NCBI RefSeq assembly: GCF_963921235.1
Contig: NC_086118.1
Location: 13,394,001 to 13,458,000, forward strand
Source of the DNA: Mobula hypostoma
Lineage: Eukaryota
DNA: 64,000 bases
Reading direction: 5' to 3'
Shown: positions 11,215 to 24,871 of the stretch, one piece after another
Numbering within the stretch: the stretch's first letter is position 1
How the letters are laid out: the number at the start of each line of letters is the position of its first letter
Position numbers and translations under genes: made by a program
Notes under the pieces: model-generated
What the model saw: the letters and a program-made list of their open reading frames with translations, nothing else
Databases searched by the model: none
What the model was told of the DNA's origin: nothing

Positions 11215-14200
11215 TCATAGGAAATCAGCACCAGTCTGGGGAAGGAGGGAGCTGGTCCAATGGGACGGGCTCCACCTGAACCGTGATGGGACCTGGATCC
11301 AAGCGAATCGCATAACTAGGATCGAGGATAGGGCTTTAAACTAAATCGTAGGGGTTGGGTTCAACAGATTGGAGAAATATGGATAAAGTAAAAAACTGTG
11401 GATAAAGATAAAGAAAAAAACAAAGCATAAAAAAGTGAGAAGAGTGGAATGAAGTTATGCCAAGTGCAAAAGAGTAAAAGGCTACAAGATTATAAAAGCA
11501 AATGAGTGGAAGAGCACTTTGTTTGAATGCCAGTAGTATTCGAAATAAGGTCAGTGAACTTGTGGCTCAAATCAATACAAGGAGGTATGAATTAGTGGCC
11601 ATTACAGAAATGTGGTTGCAGGATGGAGAGGATTGAGAATTAAATATCCATGGATATCAGGTAATATGGAAGGATAGGCAGGAAGGTAAGGGAGGTGGGG
11701 AAGTACTCTTAATTAAAGTTGAGATCAGGGTGATAGTGAGAGATGATATAGGATCTAAGGAGCAGAATGTTGAATCCATCTTGGTAGAGATTAGGCATAG
11801 TAAAGGGAAAAAGATCACTTGTGGGAGATGTCTATCAGGCACCGAATAATAACATTACAGTGACACAGGCAATAAACAGAGAAATATCTGAGGCATGTAA
11901 GAATGGAACAGCAGTCATCATGGGGGAATTTAACTTGCACATAGTTTGGATGAAGCAAGTTGGTCAAGGCAGTCGTGAGGAGGACTTCATAGAATGTATC
12001 TGTAATGGCTTTCTTGAACAGCAGGTTACTGAACGTGATGTCATAGATCTGGTCCTGTGCTATGAGACAAGCAGAGTTAGTGACCTTGTAGTTAGGGATC
12101 GTCTTGGAAAGGGTGATCGCAGTATGATTGAATTTTTCATACAAATGGAAGATGCAATAGTTCAATCTAAAACCAGTGTATTATGTCTAAACAATGGAGA
12201 CGACAATGGGATGAGGGAGGATTTGGCTAATGTAGAGTGGGAACACAGGCTATGTGGTGAGACGGTTGACGAACAGTGGAAGACTTTCAGAGATTTTTCA
12301 CGGTGCTCAACAAAAGTATTTTCCTGTTAAAAGCAAGGACAGTAAGGGTGGGGAGAGCCAGCCTTGGATAACTAAGGAATAAAAGAAGGCATCAAACTAA
12401 AAGCTCATGTATACAAAGTCGCCAAGAGTAGTGAGAAACTGGAAGATCGGGAAAACTATAAAAAGCAACAAGGTACCACTAAGCAAGAAATAAAGAAAGG
12501 GAAGCTGGATTATGTAAATAAACTAGCACGAAATATAAAAATGGATAGTAAAAGTTTTTAACATAGAAACATAGAAAACTTACAGCACAATACAGGCCCT
12601 TCAGCCACGAAGTTGTGCCGAACATGTCCCTACCTTAGAAATCACTAGGCTTACCCATAGCACTCTATTTTTCTAAGCTTCATGTACCTATCCAAAAGTT
12701 TCTTAAATGACCCTATCGTATCCACTTCCACCACCGTTGCCAGCAGCCCATTCCATGCACTCACCACTCTCTGAGTAAAAAAATTACCCCTGACATCTCC
12801 TCTGTACCTACTCCCCAGCACCTTAAACCTGTGTCCTCTTGTGGCAACTATTTCGGCCCTGGGAAAAAGCCTCTGACTATCCATACGATCAATGCCTCTC
12901 ATCATCTTACACACCTCTATCGGGTCACCTCTCATCCTCTGTCGCTCCAAGGAGAGAAGGCCAAGTTCACTCAAGCTGTTTTCATAAGGCATGCTTCCCA
13001 ATCCAGGCAACATCCTTGTAAATCTCCTCTGCACCCTTTCTATGGCTTCCACATCCTTCCTGTAGTGAGGCGACCAGAACTGAGCACAGTACTCCAAGTG
13101 GGGCCTGACCAGGGTCCTATATAGCTGCAATATTACCTCTTGGCTCCTAAATTCAATTCCACGATTGATGAAGGCCAATACACCGTATACCTTCTTAACC
13201 ACAGAGTGAACCTGCTCAGCTGCTTTGAGTGTCCTGTGGATTCAGACCCCAAGATCCCCCTGATCCTCCACAGTGCCAAGAGTCTTGCCATTAATACTAT
13301 ATTCTTCCATCATATTTTCCCCGCCAAAGTGAACCACTTCACACTTATCTGGGTTGAACTCCATCTGCCACTTCTCAGCCCAGTTTTGCATCCTATCAAT
13401 GTCTCACTGTAACCTCTGGCAGCCATCCACACTGTCCACAAAACCTCCAGCCTTTGTGTCATCAGCAGACTTACTAACCCATCCCTCCACTCCCTCATCC
13501 AAGTCATTTAGAAAAATCATGAAGAGTAAGGGTCCCAGAACAGATCCCTGAGGCACACCACTGGTCACCGACCTCCATGCAGAAAATGACCCGTCTACAA
13601 CCACTCTTTGCCTTCTGTGGGCAAGCCAGTTCTGGATCCACAAAGCAATGTCCCCTTGGATCACATGCCTTCTTACTTTCTCAATAAGCCTTGCATGGGG
13701 TACCTTATCAAATGCCTTGCTGAAATCCATAAACACGACTTCTACTGCTGTTAATCCACGTACACTACATCTACTACTCTTAATCCATATACACTACATC
13801 TATAATTATATAAAGCGGAAAACGGTGGCTAAAGTGAGTGTAGGTTCCTTGGAGGACTAGAAGGGGAAATTGATATTGAGTAATGAGGAAATAGCAGAGG
13901 CTTTGAATGACTATTTTATGTTGCTCTTCACAGTGGAGGACATGTCTAACATGCCAAAGAGACTTGGATGTGATGGAAGGTGAGAACCTTGATACAGTAG
14001 CTGTCACTAAAGAGTTAGTGCTGAGTAAACTTGTGGGCCTGAAGCTAGATTAAGTCCCCTGGTCCTGATGGAATGCATCCCAGGGTACTGAAAGAAATGG
14101 CAGAAGTTATAGCAGAGGCTTTGGTGATGATTTACCAAAATTTTATGGACTCTGGGCAGGTCCAGGGATATTGGAAGATGGTGAATGTCATGCAACTGTT

Positions 14201-15520
14201 TAAAAAAGGATGTAGGCAAAGGCAGGTAACTATAAGCCAGTTAGTTTAACATCGGTAGTTGGGAAAATGCTTGAAGCTATCATTAAAGAAGAAATCGCGA
14301 GGCATCTGGAAAGAAATGGATCCATCAGGCAGACGCAGCATGGATTCAGCAAAGGCAGGTCCTGTTCGACAAACTTATTGGAGTTCTTTGAGGATTTAAT
14401 GAGCACAGTGGAAAGAAGGGAACAGATGGACGTTATTTACTTGGATTTCCAGAAGGCGTTTGATAAGGTGCCACATAAAAGACTTATCCAGAAGATAAGG
14501 ATGCATAGAGTTAGGGGTGATGTATTAGCATGGATAGTGGATTGGTTAACTAATAGAAAGCAGAAAGTAGGGATTAATGCGTGTTAATGTGGTTGGCAAT
14601 CAGTGGTGAGTGGTGTGCCATAGGGTTTAGTGGTGTGTCCGCACCTGTTCACGATATACATTAACGATTTGGAAGAAGGGACAGAGTGTAGTGTATCTAA
14701 CTTTGCTGATGACACTAAATTGAGTGGAAAAGCAAATTTTGCAGAAGGTATGGAGAGTCTCCAGAGAGGTATAAATAGGTTAAGTGAATGGGCAAGGGTC
14801 TGACAGATGGAGTACAATGTTGCTAAATGCGAGGTGACCCATTTTGTAAGGAAAAATGAAAGAGCATATTATTATTTAAATGGTAAATATTGCAGCATGC
14901 TGCTGTGCAGAGGGAATTGGGAGGTTGTGCATGAATCACAAAAGGTTGGTTTGCAGGTGCAGCAGGAATGTTGGCCTTCATTGCAAGAGGAATTGAATTT
15001 AAGAGCAGCGAGGTTATACTGCAATTGTACAGGGTACTGGTGAAGAGTTCTGGTCTCCTAACTTGAGGCTTTGGAGGCGGTGCAGAGAAGGTTGACTCCA
15101 GAGATGAGCGGCTTAGACTATGAGGACAGATTGTGTCACCTGGGACCATACTTGTCGGAATTCAGAAGAACAAGAGGAGATCTTATAGAAACATATAGAA
15201 TTATGAAAGGGATAGATAGATAGAGGCAGGAAAGTTGTTTCCACTGGTAGGTGAGACTAATACTAGGGGACATAGCCTCAAGATTCGAGAGAGTAGATTT
15301 AGGATGGAGATGAGGAGGAACTGCTTTTCTCAGAGAGTGGTGAATCGGTGGCATTCTTTGCCCAATAAAGCAGTGGAGGCTTCCTCAGTAAATACATTTA
15401 AGACAAGGGTGAATAGATTTTTGCATAGTAGGGGAATGAAGGGTTATGGGGAAAAGGCAGGTAGGTGGAGATGAGTCCATGGCCAAATCAGCCATGATCT
15501 TATTGAATGGCGGAGTAGGC
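11215..15520 (+). mobile_element. Degenerate CR1 LINE (end of ORF1 through 3' end), interrupted by an antisense CR1
   Basis: DGLHLN-like ORF1 end, APE fragments, RT motifs QHGFSKGRSC and [13 protein letters not shown], and a CR1 3' end. The sequence is continuous across 12560/13803. Confidence 0.9.
12561..13802 (-). mobile_element. 5'-truncated CR1 LINE nested antisense in another CR1
   Basis: [38 protein letters not shown], and a (TTTCTATG)n-type tail at 12561-12580. Confidence 0.92.
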
Positions 15521-15529
15521 CATTATATA

Positions 15530-15530
15530 T

Positions 15531-15600
<70 letters not shown>
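15530..15600 (+). repeat. (GATA)n microsatellite
   Basis: About 17 perfect AGAT units directly after the CR1 3' end. Confidence 0.98.
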
Positions 15601-16659
15601 CAGATTGAATGTACTCATGGAGCATCATATTTTCTCATGTTACATATTTTATTGCTTGATTCAGTGCCTCCGGATATATAAGAAATTGAAACACAGAACG
15701 AAGAAATGCTAAGACAAAGAGCCAATTGTTCAGTGTTGCCTTTTTTATGATTGCTTTCAAAATATGATGCATTGATGCAGGCTAAAATTGTATTGTAAAA
15801 AAAGTGATGTTTGTTTATTCCAGAATATTCAGACTTTATTAAATCAAACTTGACAATGTAAATGCTTACATTACTGCACAGTCAAAAGCCAATGGATCAC
15901 AGAGTAATTCAGCTGCATAAATATATCTCCAGTTTTTCTTCTATCAAAAAGTTATAAAGAATCTGAGCCTACAAGCTCTGAAGATGAAGTTTAGTGTCAA
16001 GAGCCCTGTAGCAATGAATTATCAGCTAATGTTAGGCTGGATTAAAATCCACTTTTCATGTGTTTGATTAAAATGTTATTGGCCTTTCCATTGCAAGTTT
16101 CCCGGCAGAGTTTTGACTGTGCCAGTTCCCAATGGGTATATTTGCAATAAAAGTCAACTGTACATGGAACTTTTATTCTATAAATTAAACAGCCAATACA
16201 TCTCTTGAAGACCAAACACCATTTAACTATCAGAATGAAAGACATGCCTTTATAAATCATGATCCACATGTTTCTAGCACTCTGTTCAAAAACCTTCTGC
16301 CTCTGCACTGCTTCCTTCCCTCATATAAGCACCAAGCAACCCCATTCTGCAAATAATGATTTTGACTGTAATAGATAGACCCTATAGAGCATTCTGTAAG
16401 AATCCATATATAAACCTTGTACAATTTTAGTTGACAGAATCGATAAATCTTATATTGAAAAATTAACAATTGGCCAAAAATCAACAGCCAGTTGTAAAAA
16501 TAGTCCCAAGGTATCACCAATTTATAAATCTAATATGTTTATACAATGCCACGCCCTTTGCAAATGTGGTGCCTGAAAGAGAATGTAGTTCTTCATGTCA
16601 ATGGCTTTGTGTAGCTACAGTTTTCCCTCCATTGTAATCTTCTAAGTATACAAACTTAA

Positions 16660-17040
16660 AGTATAGAACATAGAACAGTACAAGTACAGGCCCTTTGGCC
16701 CACAATGTTGTGCTAAACTAATTCAACTAAAGACACCTATTTAACCTAATCTCTTCCATCTACCCTTGGTCTTTTCCCCTCTGTTCTCTGCACATTCATG
16801 AGTCTATCTAAGAGCCTCTTAAATACTTCTATTATACCTGCTTCCACCAGCACACTAGGCAGTCATTCCAGGTACCTACCACACTGTGTAAAACTAGCTG
16901 CACACATCATACCTCCTCTCACCTTAAAAGCCTCTCCTCTGGTATTGGACATTTCAAACCTGGCTCAAAAGATACCAGCTGTCTATCTATGCTTCTCTTA
17001 ACCTTATAAACTTCTATCAGGTCTTCCCTTAGTCTCCACT
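16660..17040 (-). mobile_element. CR1 3' fragment
   Basis: RLREDLIEVYKV and a catagaacagtac tail. Confidence 0.7.
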
Positions 17041-18049
17041 CTGATATAAAGATCTGTATTCCATTATCCATTCCAATTATAATTTGCATCTGTTCATGAC
17101 ATTTTAGTGACATTTTCATGAACCTAAAATCTTTAGATTTCCTATGCTTCTAATGTTTAATAATTCAGCAAATTCTCTGCCTTCTCCCTTGCAGAACCGA
17201 AATGGCAGAACTATTGCAAATAGTACCCACTCTGTATTGGTTTTGCCTACTCTCTTAATCTCCTCAAATTGCTTTTGCACATGGCTTATAATTCAGCCTA
17301 TTTTGTGTCCCTGGATCTCTACCCTATAACCTCAATGAATAACAAATGCAGTATGAAGCCCATCACGGAAGTCTCCCAGTCACATCTGTCATCTAGAATC
17401 CTTATCTGTTATCTCTGCACTGTGCCTTCTGCTGTTCAACTAACTTCTTAATCATGATTAAAATTTACCTTCATTTCTCTGGACTTTGAATTCTGCTAAA
17501 AGTTTCTTTGGAGCAATTTTATCAATGGCTTTCAGAAATATTATAAATAATATATTTCTATTTTCTCCTAACCATTGATTTATTAATATCTTTCAAAATT
17601 CAGTCAGGTTCACCATGCATGACATACTCATTATAAATCCATGCAGCTTTTTGATGACCTATTGGCATTTTTCATGGTATTTGGATGCTCGACTCTCATT
17701 TGCAGATAACACAGAAACTGGATGATGTAGTGCCCAATTCAGAGTGCTAATATATTAAAGTTTTACTTTGTATTTAAAAGATTATGCCGATGTGTAAAAT
17801 TGTGCCAACCATAAAATTAGACTTGGTGTCCTATGTGTATTGTGTGTTAACATAACTGACCTTCCCCCGGCTAATAATATCAGTAATTGTATCATGACCA
17901 GTTCTACTCATGTTGTTATAAAGCCCCAAATTATGACCATCATGGAACAGTTTCACAAGAATGAGGAGCAATCTGTCCCTTTTCTCAGTATTTAATGAGA
18001 CACTGCTGTGATTAGGTAATTTAACTGGGCTGTTGTGAACAGACTGGAA

Positions 18050-18430
18050 GATGCTCACCGCTCAGGCCATGCTCTTTTCTCACTGCTGCCATGAGGCAGA
18101 AGGTACCAGAACCTCAGGACTCATCCCACCAGGTTCAAGAACAGTTACTACTATGCAACCATCAGGCTCTTGAATAAAAGGGGATAACTACACTCTCCTA
18201 CTTTTGCTGTTCCCTCTGTACCGATGGTCTCACTTTAAGGACTATTTATCTTCTTATTTCATGCTCGCTATTTATTGCTATTTATTTATATTTGGATTTT
18301 CACAGGTTGTTGTCCATTGATCCTGTTTACTGTTACTGTTCTGTAGATTTGCAAAGCATACCCGCAGAAAAAGAATTTCGGGTTGTGAGTGGTGACATGT
18401 ATGTACTCCAATAATAAATTTACTTTGAGT
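18050..18430 (+). mobile_element. Rex1/L2-type LINE 3' end
   Basis: ccaggttcaagaacagttactac (RFKNSYY) followed by a 3' UTR ending aataaattttactttga. A related fragment lies at ~18800-19240. Confidence 0.6.
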
Positions 18431-19334
18431 TGCTGAACCAGCTTCCAGAGTCCACAGAGTGTAGTCGTACTAATGGGAGGTGTTTATTGTTCCTATGAAT
18501 TTCATACCTTGGGAAACCCAGCAGAAGTTACCTCTGTGAGCTCTCTTTTACTGGAGGATAACGATGGATAGGACTACAATACAAGAAGCACATTCCAATC
18601 AGCAAAGAACCTAGTTTCAACTCCTGCCTGGACCTCCCTGATGAACAATGCACTTGCAGGAAAGGTCTTCCAATGTTTTCACTGAAATATGTGCCATTCT
18701 GTTGGAGAGTATCCAACCATGCTCTTGTGTTAGGAACACTCTTTCCATGACTAAATCTTCTTGTGACAGGATGATTCCTAGCACATGCATGTTACATCTG
18801 CACACTTCTATAGATGTACAGAGGCGAGCATCCTGACAGATTGCCTCACAGGCAGAGGATCACAAAAGGCAGCAGAGGATTGCAGACCCAGCTAGGTCCA
18901 TCAGGTGCACGGCCCTCTCTACCACTGAGGGCATCGTCAAGAGGCAGTGCCTCAAAAAGTCAACATCCACCATTAGAGAACCTCGCCATCTAAGACATGC
19001 CCTGTTCACATTACTACCTTCGGGGAGGAGGTACAGGGGCCAGAACACCCACACTCAACATTTTTGGAACAGTTTCTCCACCTTTGACTTCAGATTTATG
19101 AGTGGTGCATGAAAACTACCTTATTATTCCATTTTGTACAATTTATTATCGTAACTTATAGTATTTTCATGTCTTGCACTATACAGCTGCTACAAAATAA
19201 CTAGGCTCATGACATGTTCTTGATAATAAACATGATTCTGATTCCTATTTTACCTCTGCCCACTGCACTATAGATGTAACTCACACCAACTCATTCACAA
19301 ATAAATGATTTCAATGACTCTGATTCTGAAGAGA

Positions 19335-19695
19335 ATCATGAGGATACTGCCTGGATTAGAGGGCTGAGCTCTAGGGGAAAGGTTGCTCATGCTGGATCTT
19401 TAATTTGCTCGAGTGCAGGAGAGTGAGTGATGACCTCATCAACGTTTATAGAGTCATGAAGGCTAAGGATCAGGTGCATGGCCAAAGTCTTTTCTCCATG
19501 GTTGGGGAGACCAATAGTTGAGGGCACAGATACAAAATAAGAGGAATGGGATGTAAAAGGAGATTGGAGAGGTAAATTCTTTACACAGAGGGTAGCTAGC
19601 AGCTGAAATGAGCTGAGAGAGAAGATGGTCTAGGCAGGTATAATGGTGACATGTATGAGGCATTTGGATAGGTACATGAAGGTGAGGGGTTCTGA
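19335..19695 (+). mobile_element. CR1 3' fragment
   Basis: Similar to the CR1 C-terminal coding region (ctgcctggattagagggc...ttctttacacagagggt). Confidence 0.65.
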
Positions 19696-19779
19696 GAGTT
19701 GAACACAGGGTCTGTTATTGTTCTCCCTCTCCCTCTCCCTCCACTACCACCCCCTCCCCCCCACCCCGTCTGTGTCTCC

Positions 19780-21170
19780 TTCTTAAGGGTATTGAGCAAC
19801 TGGACCTCCACAATTTGCTATGGTAGAGAGTTCCATAAATTGAAAAAAAACAATCTCCCAATTTCAGATCTGTCTGTTTTTGCCTATAATGTTCAAGCTT
19901 TCACCGTGATTGTTGCGTCTTGAGTTCTCCACAAACCTCCCTCCCCTCCCCCCTCGCCCCCGTACTCCTCCTTCAACCCAGAGGAAACATTCCCTCTATC
20001 TAATCTCCCAAGTTCTAATAGAATTCGATATGATTCAATGTGATTTCCTTTCATTCTTCTAAACTTCTGTGAATAGAGGTTTAGTAAAATGCATTCTCTA
20101 TAGAAGACTGCTCCACTATCCAGGAATCAGGTTGATGAGCAATTATTGCAACTTTATTCTTTTGCTTGGATAAAGGAAGCAAAACTGTACACGATTCTCA
20201 AAATGTGGAACCTTCAAGGCACGATATAACCATAGTAATAAATCCTCGATCCTGTGATGAACCTCTTGCAACAGAGACCAATATACCACTTGCCTCATAC
20301 CTGCTTGCTGCACATTGTCTATTTTCAGTGATTGGCATATAAGGATAACCTAATCATTTTCCACATCAATATTTCCCAGTAGATCACCATCTAAGTAGTG
20401 TTGTGCCCTTCTAATTTTCCTGATAAACTGGCTAATTTCACATTTATCCATGTCATACTACATTTACCCACTCATTCAAACTATCTAAATTGCTTTGATA
20501 CCTCGTTGAGTCTTTCTCACAACTCACAATCCCACCGAGATCCATGTCTTCAGAACAATTGGAAATATTATGTTTTGACCCCTCATCCAAATACCTGGAA
20601 TAATGGAAAGCTGGAGCTTAGGCACTGACACACAAGTCATTGTTGATGCACAAGACAGACCCATTTATTTTCACTCTCTGCTTCTTGCCTACCAACCCAT
20701 TTTCAATCCACAGAAGTATATAGTTCACAATTCATGCACTTTAATTTTGTATATTAACCTTTTCTATGGGATTTTCTCAGTGGTCTTCTGGTAAACCAAT
20801 TGCAACATATCCACTAGCTTTCCCTTATCTTTTCTACCTATTACATCTTCAAAAACTTCATTAGGTTTATCAAATATTATTTGCCTGTGGTGACTTTGTC
20901 TAATTCTGTTGTTATTTTCTAATTACATCTTCTATAGTAGACTCTAGCCTAGTCTACTGATGTTAAACTAAGTGGTCTTTTAGCTCTCCCTCCTTTGTAA
21001 CAGTGGTTTTATAGTTAACATCCTGCAATCTGAAGCAGCTTCCTGATGTACAGAATGTTGGAAGATAACAATTGATATTTCCTCTCTTTCAATGGCAACC
21101 TTTATTAGTATTCTGGGATGCAGTCACTGTGAATTTATAAGCTTTTGTTCTTATTAATTTCTCCAATGTT
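19780..21170 (-). mobile_element. Highly degenerate CR1 RT fragment
   Basis: Patchy similarity to CR1 RT and C-terminal regions elsewhere in the window. Confidence 0.5.
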
Positions 21171-22689
21171 CTCTCTTTACAGGCTGCATTCTCAGGAATG
21201 AGATCTCCAGTGGAGTCAGTTCTAATTTTATTAATTCAAGGGATGTGGGCTTCACAAGCTAAACCAGTGTTTAGTTGCCCATTCTTAATGTCCTTCAGAA
21301 GATAGCAGTGAGATTCCTGAGCCACTACAGTCACTGAAGTTTGGGTATACCCACAAAACTGTTGGAGACTGTACTCCAGGACTTTGACCCAATAATGGTG
21401 GGGCAATAGCAATATATTTATAAGTCAGGATGGTGTGTGGATTAGAGAGCAAATTTCAGGTGCTGCTGTTCCAATGTTGTGTTTGCTGCCCTTGTCCTTC
21501 TATCTAGTAGACATCATTCCTGACAAAGTGGGACATTCCTTGTGGTTCTATTGTGCTGGGATCCTGTTGTGAAGGCCGCCTTTCCCGTTGATGTGAAGGA
21601 AGTTACTGGTATCTCCATTTTTTTTTTGTTAGCTCCACAGCTGTCCCCAGCCCAGAGATTTATCTTGCCTAACTGGCTTAACATGTACTCTTCAATCACT
21701 ACCAATCCCCCAAATCCTCATTATACACATGCACATGCACATCATGGAAGAAGTAATAAAACAGATAAAAAGTCAACGGCGATTAAAGGGAAAAATATAT
21801 TCTGTACTAATCCTCCATCTTCAACAACTTCTTTCAACAACTGAAGCAAAGATACAAACTGTTAGAAACACTCAGCAAATCAGAGAGCTTCTGTGGGAAG
21901 AGAAACAGTAGAAACAGTTACTGAGACTCTTCATCACGTCTAAAAAAGGATGCCTGGCCTGAAACATGATGCATTTCTCTTTCCTCAGACACTGGCTGAC
22001 TGCTGAGTATTTCAGTATTTTCTGTTGTTTTTTTTTGTATTTTCAGTATTGCAGTTTTTTTTTAAACTTTCTTTGAATCAGCTGTTCTTTTACAGTACGT
22101 TAATCATGACCGACCATACTATAAAAAAACATGGCTCTTTCAGCGTCCTCTAGCTGACTGACCTTTGTTATATTAAAGCGATATTCTGCTTTGCTTCAGC
22201 CATGCCACATTATGTTTTATGGAGCTTGTAGGAGTCATCCCTTAACTAATTAGTCACTGCATCAAAGGCACTTGTATCATCACATTTCTTCTCCGTAGTT
22301 CTCTAATACTTTGGTTTTGTCCCTGCTGCTTTATCCTTCACTCAAGTAGGGAGTCAGAAATTGACCTTCATATGTGGTACTTGGCGCCACATGAGAAGAT
22401 GTGACAACACACAAATCTATAAATCATAAAATGCAAATCCACCTCCTACTGTCCATACCAGTATGATGGGGTCACACAGCCCACACTTGCATGATGGAGT
22501 CCCACTGTCAATACCTGTACACTATCATTTAATGAATATCTTCTCAGATTTTTTTTTACAGTTAGTTTCCAAAGGGAAAGTTCTGCATTTATATTGTGGT
22601 GTTCGTGAGCAAAATATGTTTCAAAGTATTGAACAGTCACTAAAATACTTTGGTAATGCAGGGAGAGGAAAAGCAATGTGCTCACACTA

Positions 22690-23070
22690 ATGTCCCAACA
22701 AAGTGACGTTATCATTGGCCATTTGTTGTGAAGCTGTGGAAGTGGGAATCAATATGCTAGAAGACATGCAAGATGTCTTTAATGTAGGTGAGATGGAACT
22801 GGACAAGGGCAAACAGGATAGTGACAAGGTATGACGAAACAAGTTCACTGGGACAAAACCGGGCAGAAACAATGGGCCTTATAGATACCCCTATTTGTGG
22901 ATCTTGGGTAAGCGGTAGTAGTGGATAGTGCGAGTTTGGGGCATTATCAATCTTTGCTCCAGAAACAAGTGGAAGGTTCCTTGACCTATCTAATAGAGGA
23001 TGGAGATGTGTAAAGACTACCTCCAGCAGTTTGCTGTTTGCACCATTTTTTTTTGCAGTCTCTTGTGACT
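22690..23070 (-). mobile_element. Old Penelope RT fragment
   Basis: IRPIVSARFCPSELVSSYL...LTYIKD parallels the RPIVSAC...TYVCDT region of the 7110-9398 copy. Confidence 0.65.
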
Positions 23071-23184
23071 CCAGGGTTTGTGGAGATTGGAATAGATATG
23101 TCAATTTCAGTCAAAACTAATGAATCCTCTTGATTAGATTCACCCCTTGATTCAGGCTGAGTGGGAAGTGGTTTGAGTGGAGTT

Positions 23185-23650
23185 ACAACCAAATCCAGCT
23201 CCTGGCCTTCATGTGTGGCTTAGGTACTAGCTCTGGCCAAACCATTTTTACTGACAGGAAAAGGGACAAACGCGGGCTACTGGCACCTTAAAGCCAGTTT
23301 CTTTGGGCAGATGGGGCTCATCAGCTGTGGTTGGCAGCTCATCTCAAACTTCCACTGCCTTGTGACTATACCCACTCATGGGGAAGGCTTTGGGAGTAAA
23401 CTCTGAGGGAAAAATCCAGAGCTGGAGTCCCTAAGGCAGTCCTACATTGAATTCAATGCTGACTGGCAACTCCTGTGACACTGCTGGTGCTAAACTGTAT
23501 CGGTCTCTATCATTCCTTTGGGTTTATCAGATGCATGGAGAGGGGGAGCTTGTGACATGGGCAACAGCTTGCTCTCCACATTGTACTGCCCTGGCTTGCA
23601 CATCTAGACAGTGAGGGCACAACATCCATGGTCGACCCTGACTGACGGAG
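23185..23650 (+). repeat. Dispersed ~0.5 kb non-coding repeat, RTE 5'UTR-like (copy 1)
   Basis: Colinear with 62300-62750. Confidence 0.75.
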
Positions 23651-24871
23651 GTCTCAGGAGTTACCTGGCTTGCTTTGGAGGCCCTATACAGTTCTTTCAC
23701 TGTGTGCACTATCTGGGAAAAAATCTCTAGCAAAACCTAATAAATAATTTTGCAGGCATCAACTTAGTTTATTACATGCTATCAAGCAGCCTGCTCATTC
23801 CGTAAAATTGCAGCCAAAATTAAACTGCAATTATATGGTTCAGAACTGAATGATCAGCCTAGGAATCATTAATTAATTATGATTGATATACGAGAATATT
23901 CACTTCATCTTATTCCCAGATGCAGAATTGGTTGGCAGTGAAAAGAGCCAAAGGATTTGCATCGAGATGGATTTCAAAGCTTTAGAAGTTATTATAAATT
24001 TAAGAGTGTTAAAACCGCAAAAGTGCAAGCACTCAATAAAGCTAACTCAAAGCCTCACAGAAAGCACAATGTTCTCTACTGAACCATTCAGTCTGTTGCA
24101 TTGCCAAAGGGAACAAAATTCTATTTCCTTTTTGATTTTAGTGGAAATTGTGCAAATTTTAAAGATTATCAAAACTGACCGTCAAGAACTCAATACTCAA
24201 AATTCACAGCCTCCACTTAGGGTGAGAAAAAGTCTCAGAAATACAGCAGGTCAGTGTTTCCCAAGTATTTCTGGGTTACCACCCCCCTAAGCACCCCCTT
24301 CTCCCTTTCTAGCCATAACATAAAACTATAAAGTGTTTTGATTTACGGTGCACAGTGAAAAAAAAGTAGGAACTGCAAATTCAAATCAATTACATATATA
24401 GTGGCACAAACAAGAGAAGATTTGCAGATGCTGGAAATCCGAGCAACACACACAAAATGCTGGAGGAACTAAGCAGGCCAGGCAGCATCTATGGAAAAGA
24501 GTACAGTTGACCTGCCCCTACACCTCCTCCCTCACTACCATTCAGGAATGAATAGTCCTTCCAGGTGAGGCGATATTTCACCTGTGAGTCTGTGGGGTCT
24601 TTTACTGTGTTCAGTGCTCCCAATGTGGCCTCCTGTACATCAGTGAGACCCAACATAGATTGGGAGATCGCTTCGTCGAGCACCTACGCTCTGTCTGCCA
24701 GAACAAATAGATCACCCATTTTAATTCCACTTCCCATTCCCATATGTCCATCCATGGCCTCCTCCACTGCCGCGATGAGGCCACACCTAGGTTGGAGGGA
24801 CAACACCTTATATTTTGTCTGGGTTGCCTCCAGCCTGATAGCAGGAATATTGATTTCTCAAACTTCCAGTA

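Noticed and set aside
13724..13802. CRISPR-like repeat
   Set aside because: Units are directly tandem with no spacers, are CR1-derived, and lie in a eukaryotic context.
18528..18790. Possible minus-strand exon ending AG|GTAAC
   Set aside because: Unrecognised peptide, weak acceptor and no partner exons.
21514..21844. Short ORFs in apparently unique sequence
   Set aside because: No recognisable domain or splice support, and the lengths are compatible with chance.
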